Positions 53,531 to 64,000 of a DNA stretch of 64,000 bases are shown one piece after another; position 1 is the first letter of the stretch; each line of letters begins with the position of its first letter. The position numbers were made by a program, and so were the translations under genes. The stretch is taken from NCBI GenBank assembly GCA_964016885.1, contig OZ024751.1, forward strand, positions 6,014,001 to 6,078,000, in the 5' to 3' direction. The DNA comes from Eledone cirrhosa. Taxonomy: Eukaryota. The notes below the pieces were generated by a model, which did not search any database, was not told where the DNA came from, and saw only the letters and a program-made list of their open reading frames with translations.

Positions 53531-54117
53531 ATTTATGTTCATAGTATATGCTGACTCTTTATTCCTGTGTATAAACATAATTAGGTTTTATGAAATCACT
53601 TATTTATGCATTATTACCTTAATATTGAAATTCAATGGTAAATCATTGTGGCTATTTATACTAATACGTGGTAGGAAATGACTGTTTGGTTTAACCATTA
53701 AAAAGCTCTTTAATAAATGACACTATTACGTTAAGAATAGCGAATATGTATGAATAAATAGGAATATATATTATATATCATATCATTACCTGAATCAACA
53801 ACAGCGAACAATTCATTTGAAGGTAATGTTTCCTGTAAAATATTAATGATAAATAATATATATATAATACAATGGTGTTTGTTATAGTTATTATATATTC
53901 AAATTATAATTGATGATATTAGGTGGAGTAGATATAATGTTTGAAAGATAGCTTTTATGAAATTCAATATCACATTAACAGCTGTATACCATTACATGTA
54001 CAGCGGCTCCGACTACCACTATACATGCTTATGTGTGTGTAGATACGTCCGAGCTTAGTACACCCATATATAATGAAAAGAACACACGCACATATATATA
54101 TACTTATATATCTATGC

Positions 54118-54166
<49 letters not shown>

Positions 54167-54277
54167 TATATGCATATATATATATATATATATGTGTGTG
54201 TGTATGCATATATATATATATGCATATATATGCATACATATATGCATATATATATGTATATATATATATGCATATAT

Positions 54278-54395
<118 letters not shown>

Positions 54396-54627
54396 ATATA
54401 TGCATATATATATATATACATATATATATGCATATATGTATGCATATATATGCATATATATATATATGCATATATTATGTGTATATATAGATATATATAT
54501 ATATATGTGTATATATATATACACATACAGATATATTTGTGCGCGTGTGTCTAAGTATGTGTGTCTATGCATATATATATATGTACATATATGCATATAT
54601 TATGTGTATACATATATATATATATAT

Positions 54628-54704
<77 letters not shown>

Positions 54705-55147
54705 TATTATGTATATATATAGAGAGATAGATATATACACATACACATATAGATATATTTGTGCGTGTGTGACTGTATGTGTGTGTTTATGTATGAGCGT
54801 GTGTACGAAGTTAGCATGTCGTATTGTCTAAATTTTTCCAGATACTATCATTATTTTGAAGAAATATTCATTTGAATTCCAAGTATTGTACAATGGAATA
54901 ATATATGTTTACCGATTCCTTATTCATTATCATAAATGAAGTATAGTGGAGATAAATTTACTGGTGGTTTCGTAAACAATGCAGTATTCATGGCCGTATT
55001 AGTATATCTTCATATATATATTGTAGACATTTGATATATATATACATAAACTAAAACACGCCTACGTTGGAAGAATCATATTCCCGTGTATACATAGTCA
55101 CACATCCACACACACACACACTCACACACACACATATATATATATAT

Positions 55148-55580
55148 ATATACGATATTAATAAATGTAAACTATATTTATAAAACCATATTTATTTCAT
55201 TATACATATTTCAGGGATACCAAATTAAATTATGGTATGCCTTCATCAGACAAAATACAATATATAACAGTTTTACAAATAAGCTTTGACGTACCCTTTT
55301 GAAATGCAACCATTATTTTTAGAAAATAATGGTTGCATTTTAAAAGGGTACGTCAAAGCTTATTTGTAAAACTGTTATATATTGTATTTTGTCTGATGAA
55401 GGCATACCATAATTTAATTTGGTAGCCCTGAAATATGTATAATGAAAGAAATATGGTTTTATAAATATAGTTTCCATTTATTAATATCGTATATCTACTC
55501 CAAATACTTGTCGAGTACTTTATATCAGTTATAAAAATATTTACTTGTTGTATCCCAACAATTTTAAATAGAACTTTTGC
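55148..55580. repeat. About 345-bp near-perfect palindrome plus about 85-bp tail, two outward-facing HHRs (55195-55255 -, 55387-55447 +)
   Basis: TTTTGT CTGATGA AGGCATACCA..TGGTAGCCCT GAAA TATGTATA ATGAAA; centre about 55321. Confidence 0.88.
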
Positions 55581-55597
55581 ATATATATATATATATA

Positions 55598-55673
<76 letters not shown>

Positions 55674-55856
55674 TGCATATATAAACATGCACACAAATAA
55701 TTATATATATATATACATACAATACATACATGTATGCATAAAACATTTACACATATGCATACACACACAGACAAGCACCAAATATATACATATATATGTT
55801 ACTCTTTGTCATTTGGAAGGCACTATTTGTCGCTCTCGCTCTCTCTCTACACACAC

Positions 55857-55956
<100 letters not shown>

Positions 55957-55980
55957 ATATATATATATATTTATATATAT

Positions 55981-56017
<37 letters not shown>

Positions 56018-56064
56018 ATATAAATTATATACAATATTATATAGATAAATATAGATAGACAGGT

Positions 56065-56151
<87 letters not shown>

Positions 56152-56480
56152 AAGAGAGAGAGAGAGACTGAGAGAGATAGAGAGATAGATAGAGAGAGAG
56201 ACAACGAGGACGAGAAATAATGCGTTCCAAATGACAAAGAGTAAATGCTATTTGCAATAGATAACGATATAAAACTAGATGCGTTAGTATATCATTGTTT
56301 TTCAAGTATCTATCTTTTTTTTAGTATACGTGTATTTCTTTCCGTTTGGTTTCCTCTCATTCTTATAACCTGTCTGTATATATATGTATATATATATATA
56401 CATATATATATATAGTATAAAGAAAACCAAAATTCAGTGATGCATCTGGACTTAATTTATTGCGTGTTACCAGTACACCA

Positions 56481-56528
<48 letters not shown>

Positions 56529-56761
56529 CATCCATTGTGTTGTTATATCTGTTTACCTTTCACACACACACACACACACATGTATATATTGTTTCTATTT
56601 CTGTGTAGTCGAATACACTCTCATACATACATAAGCCTCTACACTCACACCTATGTATTTGCGTATGTATCTCCCCCTTTCTCTCTCTATACACACACAT
56701 ATATATATATATGTGCATAGAGAGGGGGGGGAGACAGAGAGACATACGCAAATATATGTAT

Positions 56762-56792
<31 letters not shown>

Positions 56793-58517
56793 CATATGTA
56801 TATGTATGTATATATACACATACACGCGCGCGGACACATATATATATATATATATTTATATATACATATGCATATGTATGTATATACACACATACACCCC
56901 CCCCCACACACACACACATATATATATATATATACACACACATTTGTGTGCATGAACATGTTTATCTCTGCGTGTGTATGAATGTGTGTGTTGGTTACTG
57001 CGTTAATGTATACGTCATAGGTGCACATTCCAACCCAAAACATACCGACCATCATTTACATGCTTAGTAATATGATAATTTTCTTTTCGTTATTACAGAC
57101 ATTATGTAAAATGCACATTTATTTCATTTACCATCAAGAACTATACATTAGTTATTTCGATAAACTGATATTATAATATATGCAATACATTTTCACACGG
57201 TGTTATAATCTCTTGCTTTAGTAAACTCATGAACCTAGCATATTGTTTTGATATTCATAAATACGGTAGGTTAATGGCCTTGCAATGTGCAATATTCGAC
57301 TATTTGATATATTATATTATTGGATATATCTGTTAGCTTTATCACAAAATATCATGCATTCTCATTCTTAAGTTGGTTATTGAAACGTATTTTGGATTTC
57401 GCTAGATAACATAGAATTTCTCTAACATGTGGAAATGAACTCATGAATACTATATGTGAATTTCTTTATCTTTTTTTTTTATTTGTGTAGGGAGGGGTTA
57501 ATTTTAATCATCAGATCTCTTTTTCTTTATGATGAGGTGTGTTTCTGATATATTTTGTTTTTGGTATCTTTTGTTGCTTATTGTTTTTAACACCTCTTCC
57601 ATTCATTTCGTATCTTTAGGATAAATATTTCCAAAATATAATGGATGAAAGGCATTTTAAAACATTACGTTTTTTTTTGTTGTTTTTTTGAGTGCGGTGA
57701 TTGTGCTGGAAGATTATGTATAATATACACACAATACCAGAGGTATCACAATAGGACACCGAGCTTCAATTTATATTAATGATAGACACAGAATTCTACA
57801 GAACAATAGGAAATTTGCTGAGGTAAAAATAACAAAAATACGTTTCTATCAGAAAAGGATATAAATAAGAGATACGTATAATAAATATAATATAATAATA
57901 TCCTCATTTAATAGAAATCCCGAGAAAAATTTCCAGGTATATTCCACCTTTGAAGATTCTCTCCTCGTTAATGCTTGTCGTTCTTGTATTATTGTATAAG
58001 GGAAGTAAATATACTTTAATGGATTCTCAATGACGTTCATACGTGACAATTTCTATTTCATGAGAAAGATTCACTATTTTCTGTAACGATTATTATGTTT
58101 GGGATAATTTCCCTGGTCATCGTCTATTGTAATAGTAAGAAAGGGCAATAAATGCGTAGATTCACAACTGAAACGAGAATAAAACCCATGAGGGAATAGG
58201 CTCCAGGAATTTTATATCCTATCAAAATTACTCAGGGAATACAATATTATTATACACACATTATTATGAATATTATGATACGTGTCAGATTTTATCGACG
58301 AATAAATGCATGAAATACACCCGAGAGCACGCATATCGGAGGATGAATCGATCTATACACACATACAAAAAAAAATATATATACGCCATGACAGACGTAC
58401 AAAAACACACGCATACATCAACCTGGTATTGAGTGAATGAAGTATATATCTTTTTTGGCAGGTTTGAGTCGGCCAAAGATCACATTGTCAAACAGAGACA
58501 TACACAAGCCGCCACTT

Positions 58518-58600
<83 letters not shown>

Positions 58601-58604
<4 letters not shown>

Positions 58605-59379
58605 AATTTATATCTAGTAACATTTATATACATACAGATGCATATCAATGCTAGCAAATATATAGGTTTTGTCTTAGTAACGTTGTGGTTCAATGCATGG
58701 GGTTGCAGAACAATAATATGAGAGGCGTAAGATAAGAAAATTATAAAATTATAAAAAGATTATAAAATTGACTTACTTACTAAAATATCACTTTCAACTA
58801 ATTAGTTTCTGGAATGGAGTAAATATATTTTCCGAAGAACATATTGAAAAGCATTCCGTCGTCAGGAAAGTCTCTTTTCGTGTAAGTTTCCAGGCATAGC
58901 GAGGACTCTGGAAACTTATTAAAAAATAATTCAGTGGATAGGAGATAGCGAAGCGTGGACTGAAATCCTAGCCATTGAGAAAATCACTGCCTCTACGTCT
59001 GTGGCAAATTCAAAAAGAATCAATCACGTGACATCGAGGTCAATCAGTGGAAAGCGAGTTGTTAATAAGACAGCGGCCTGCTTACTACTATAGCAGCAGT
59101 CATGGCCAATATTGCTCGACAAATGAATTGGAGATAATTATAAAGAATTTATATCTAGTAACATTTATATACATACAGATGCATATCAATGCTAGCAAAT
59201 ATATAAGTTTTGTCTTAGTAACGTTGTGGTTCAATGCATGGGGTTGCAGAACAATAATATGAGAGGCGTAATATAAGAAAATTATAAAATTATAGAAACT
59301 AATTAGTTGAAAGTGATATTTTAGTAAGTAAGTCAATTTTATAATCTTTTTATAATTTTATAATTTTCTTATCTTACGC

Positions 59380-59388
<9 letters not shown>
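58601..59388 (-). mobile_element. Non-coding HHR element: 541-nt monomer in partial tandem plus inverted arm; HHR at 58790-58871
   Basis: 58601-58753 repeats at 59142-59294; 59294-59388 inverts 58716-58808; ACTTTC CTGACGA CGGAATG..CATTCCA GAAA CTAATTAG TT GAAAGT. Confidence 0.85.
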
Positions 59389-59429
<41 letters not shown>

Positions 59430-59687
59430 CGTGTGTGTGTGTGGGTGTGGTCATTGATTCATCTTTACAGATGATTGCCGTCTCTCTATTCACCACCATC
59501 AACTATCACGAACTCCAAACGTCCGTCCATGGCCCCTTAGGTGGCTTTTAATTCCAGCATTATATTAGCACGGTCTGCAGCAAATGTGACAGACAAAAGA
59601 TGTGTCGTCTATTGCATTGATAGGGTCAGTTTGGGGGATTTCTGCATATATATATATTATATTAAAATACATATATATATATTAATA

Positions 59688-61065
59688 TACAAATATTAAT
59701 AAAATAGATGTTCTTTTGATCAATTACATTTTATTATACATATTTCGGATGTACAACCGTACGTCCTCATCAGACAAAATATAAAGATACATGACATACC
59801 CTGAGATGTTAAATGGTTAAGATTTAATCAAGGTAGTGATTAACCCAAGAAAAATTTAACATTTATACCCTAATAATGAGAAAATGCGAAAACGTAATAA
59901 ATTCAACAGAGAAAGTGCGAGTAAGAAAAACGTTGCTTAATGTAACAGTTATATAGATATTAAGTTGTATGATACTACTTTTTTTTGAATAAAGGGGGGT
60001 AATAAGCTGAAGGAGATTTATTTTTGCCGAAATTTAAACGGTTAATTTTGAAAATATTAATTTATGGTATTATAGGGTGAAGGCTCGAGATTTTTTTTTT
60101 TTTTTTTTTATTTCTGGTTATTTATATATTAGTTTTATAAATTCTTCAAAGCTTCCTAATTTCATGTGGGTAACATTTATAGGAATTAGCTGGCCAACAG
60201 GAGTGAAAGTTTATACTGTTGATTAATTTCAACTTTAACGGAGATACTGAGCGTATTAGGTATGTAAAGCTTGTGAATTATATATATTAATGAGCCAGTA
60301 TATTTTAGATAGATGATAATAAAATAATAGATTGATGCATGTTAAGGTTAAATATACACCTATATATATAACAGGGTGTAAATGCATTAATTATTCTTAG
60401 TTCAGAGTAAACGTAATCAAAAAATTTAGAAGTTAACTAAAAATTATATATAGTAATATATAGGGAGGTATATATAGATATATATTAGGTATTAATGGTA
60501 CAGTATACTTTAGGTAGATGATAACGGTTACAATTTTAAATATAATAAAGTTCTACGTGTTACAGTTAAATACATATATGTATATAAGAGAAAGAATAAT
60601 AAATAATACATGGATTATTCAGAGTTCAAGATAATGTCTATAATTTATAGTTTGGATATTTGCTCTATATTTGAATCATGGATATATAAATGCAATAGGT
60701 CTATTTAAAAAAAAAGTAACGTTTTTCTTCTCGCACTTTCTCTGTTGAATTTATTACGTTTTCGCATTTTCTCATTATTAGGATATAAATGCTAAATGTT
60801 TCTTGGGTTAATCACTACCTTGATTAAATCTTAACCATTTAACATCACAGGGTATGTCATGTATCATAATATTTTATCTGATGAGGACGTACAGTTGTAC
60901 ATCCGGTATAATAAAATGTAATTGATCAAAAGAACATCTATTTTATTAATATTTGTATTTTAATATTAATAACTCTGGAAAGTTATTTTAACCGTAGAGT
61001 GCTTCCAATCTACTGTAAAACTCATTCTTTAACATACTCATTGAATCTTGTTAAACTATTTAAAA
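59688..61065. repeat. Foldback element: about 245-bp inverted arms (59688-59933 and 60718-60958), about 780-bp AT-rich spacer, about 100-bp tail; HHR in each arm
   Basis: Minus strand 59728-59779: TTTTGT CTGATGA GGACGTAC GGTT GTACATCC GAAA TATGTATA ATAAAA; the plus-arm copy lacks AAATAT. Confidence 0.85.
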
Positions 61066-61089
61066 TATATATATATGTATGTATGTAAA

Positions 61090-61300
61090 AGGTAAACAGA
61101 AATAACAACACAATCGGTAAAGTATATGGAAGGGATATATTAGGTTAACGCTTGATATAGAAGGAATAGGGTCTTAATGTTTCGGACGCTAGTCCTTCAT
61201 CAGAAGAAAGAATGAGAAATAAGACAGATTGAGGAGACGGGCGGGATGGAATTGGAAAACATGTTTTTAGATAAAAATAACAGGTCCATTCATGTTGACA

Positions 61301-61304
<4 letters not shown>
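61090..61304 (-). ncRNA. Second copy of the 53276 HHR element (HHR at 61172-61207)
   Basis: TCTT CTGATGA AGGACTAGCGTCC GAAA CA TT AAGA. Confidence 0.78.
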
Positions 61305-61352
<48 letters not shown>

Positions 61353-61393
61353 ATATCATATATGTATATAATATATATGTGACATCTCATATA

Positions 61394-61424
<31 letters not shown>

Positions 61425-61430
61425 GTCATA

Positions 61431-61497
<67 letters not shown>

Positions 61498-61501
<4 letters not shown>

Positions 61502-62740
61502 TATGTATACGTACATACATATATGTATACAGACGTACAGTACTATGTATATACATACATACATGCACACACATATATATATGTACGTATGGGTTTACCG
61601 AACATTTATTATAATTGTTTCTACGTTTGGCACAAGGCCAGCCAATTACCCAGTGCATTACTGGTACTTTATTTTATCGACCCCGTAAGGATGAAAGGCA
61701 AAGTTAACCTCGACGGGATTTGAACTCAGATCGTAAAGGGACGTAACTATGCTGGAAAGCATGGCGTCCGACCTTCTACCGATACTGCCAAATCACCGAA
61801 CATTTATTATAATGCCGAATTATTAGCCGTACAGTGTTCGGCAACCATCGTTGCCATTTTGTTCAACACTGACAAATGAACGATGAACTAGTTTCTAGCA
61901 TATTAGCTGTCATCAGAAACGTATACCTTCCTGTCAGTTGATTGAACTTTTGAAAGTATATACTTTTCTTATGCCTATTAACGGCTGAGCAACCTAATTT
62001 GCATATCGAGTGAGTTAGTCAGCCGGGCGTACTGAAAACGATAAATGGAAAAAATGAAATTTCATTTCTCACTCTTAGTACGGCCGACTAACTCATTCGG
62101 GCTGTTTGTTTACAAACAAACCGAGCATTATAATACATTTTCGGTAAACCCATACGTATATATATATGTGTGTGCATGTATGTATGTATATACATACTAC
62201 TGTACGTCTGTATACATACATGTATGTACGTATACATACTTTTATTTAAGTATCAGCCCTACTAAGAGTGACAATTGAAATTTCACTTTTTCCATTTATC
62301 CCTTTCGGTACGCCCGGCCGACTAACTCACTCGATATGCAAATTGGCTGCTCAGCCGTTAATATGCATAAGGAACGTATATACTTTCAAACTTTCAATCA
62401 ACTGACAGGAAAGTATACGGTGCTGAAGTCAGCTAATAATGGCACGCAGCTAAACAATAATAGTTCATCGTTCGTTTATCAGTTTTGAACAAAATGGCAA
62501 CGATGGTTGCCGAACACTGTACGGCTAATAATTCGGGCTGTTTGTTTACAAAGAAACCGAGCATTATAATAAATGTTTGGTAAACCCATACGTACATATA
62601 TATATATGTGTGCATGTATGTATGTATATATACATACTACTGTAAGTCTGTATACATATATATATGTACGTGTACATACTTATATTTAAGTATCAGCCGT
62701 ACTAAGAGTGATAAATGAAATTTCATTTTTTCCATTTATA
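61498..62740. mobile_element. Non-coding HHR element: inverted monomer (61498-62092) joined to a 440-nt-period partial tandem (62096-62740)
   Basis: TTAAGTATCAGCC recurs at 62246 and 62686; minus-strand CTGATGA CAGCTAATATGCTA GAAA CTAG TT CATCG at about 61881-61921. Confidence 0.8.
61616..61797 (-). mobile_element. SINE with about 19-bp target-site duplication
   Basis: ACCGAACATTTATTATAAT at 61597-61615 and 61795-61813. Confidence 0.88.
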
Positions 62741-63156
62741 TATATATATATATGTGTGTGTGAGTGTGTGTGTATGTATGTATCTATATATATAATGAAT
62801 TGTCACCGTACGTCTGTTAACAGATGGCTAATATGTTGAGCATATTATATTGAAATATACAGAGAAATCATATATATATGCAACCTGTTCCAGACTTACA
62901 AAGATATAAGAACATATCTCCATAAATATCACCAGCATCGATAAATATCATCACCATCGATACCAAAAATGAAACTTTCAATTGTCCATTGAATGATGAA
63001 TATATATCATTTATTTGATACCAGTTATTATATGGTTTCCTTTACTGGATCCTCACATCAAATTAAAAAACTACGTATATAGTATTCACTTTTTCACCAG
63101 CCGCAACTGAATCATTATATAAAGTTTGCTTTAGAAATTTCATCGTCTTTTAAAAG

Positions 63157-64000
63157 TTCTCTGGATGATGGTATCTCGGGCGGGTCCGTACAAACTGTCT
63201 GCCATGACCTACAATCGGCGGTTCCTGCCCAGGCAGAAATCGGCCTCCAGGTCAACTCGGCCAAGTCGGGGATGGTAAATGTCAGCCACGATGCTGAGAG
63301 GTTTGCAGCCTAAACTCGGACGTGCAGTCCATTCTCCACCAGGTACAGGTGACCCCTAAAGAGGATGTCCTCATCCTCGGGTCACCGATAAACCGCCGGC
63401 CATCCGCTCCACCATCAGGTCCAGGCTTCAATAACTCCAGACTCTCACGAGCCGACTGGGCTTGATCAACGGCCACCCAGCTCTCTTTCTGTTGAGGAAC
63501 TGCTTCGCCATGTCGAAGCTCCTCCATACACTACGCAGCGCTCTCTGCTACACCCAGACTTCTCTCCTCGCTGACCTCGATACCTGTATCCGAGCAGCAG
63601 CCGAGGAGATATGAAACGTCAATTCTGACGACATTAGATGGCAACAGACCACTTTACCTGTCAAGTATGGTGGCTTTGGCCTCCAGTCCCCGATTTCACT
63701 GGCTTTGCTGGCGTATCTTTCGTCGGTAACCTCGTAACGCATCCTCGTCAGCAGGGTTCTCCAAAACACAATAGAACCCTCTGTGTTCAGAGAACGTGAG
63801 GCCGCCTGTGAGACATGGGACCGTTGGGACTCAGCCCAGTAGACGTCACTCCTCCTTCTCCGCCTTCCACGCATGCTGCCTTCAACGAGGTCATAAAGCA
63901 TGGCTTCGACGCTGCAGGTTTTCCTTCCCAGCTCAAGCCGGTGGGGCTGCACCAAGGGGAAAGCAAGAGGCCAGATGGCAGGACCATCTTCCCGTTCCGC
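63157..64000 (+). mobile_element. Degenerate CRE-like RT-RLE retrotransposon fragment running off the window
   Basis: LDDGISGG..IGLQVNSAKS, LLRNCFAMSKL, WQQTTLPVKYGGFGL, HAAFNEVI..KRPDG.TIFPF. Confidence 0.75.

Noticed and set aside
57849-58150. Hydrophobic short frames suggesting a membrane-protein exon
   Set aside because: Flanked by stops, no recognisable motif or convincing splice sites
62900-63045. Minus-strand open segment KPYNNWYQINDIYSSFNGQLKVSF.. ending at GTAAGT (possible host exon)
   Set aside because: Weak acceptor and no confident homology; needs RNA-seq or tblastn

Overview
Repeat-dominated animal genomic DNA. The SINE and AT-microsatellite content recall an octopod or other mollusc, but that is an inference. 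No host protein-coding gene can be supported. The window has two compartments. (1) 1-34.7 kb is a nest of non-LTR retrotransposons in (ATT)n tracts: Tx1/L1-like APE-RT elements and a tRNA-derived SINE on +, and R4/Dong-like RT-RLE elements on -. One R4/Dong-like copy keeps an uninterrupted 1130-aa ORF; another is interrupted by a young non-autonomous Gypsy-type LTR element with a 4-bp TSD. (2) 35-63 kb is a (TA)n/(CA)n field holding three Penelope-like elements (RT + GIY-YIG) and many short non-coding elements with hammerhead-ribozyme (HHR) motifs. The short elements repeat one architecture: head-to-head inverted arms with outward-facing HHRs, an asymmetric tail, and (TA)n on both sides. Two of them are partial tandem repeats of 541-nt and 440-nt monomers, as expected if a circular RNA was copied (retrozyme-like). 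A CRE-like RT-RLE relic ends the window. Coordinates were read by eye and may be off by a few bases.
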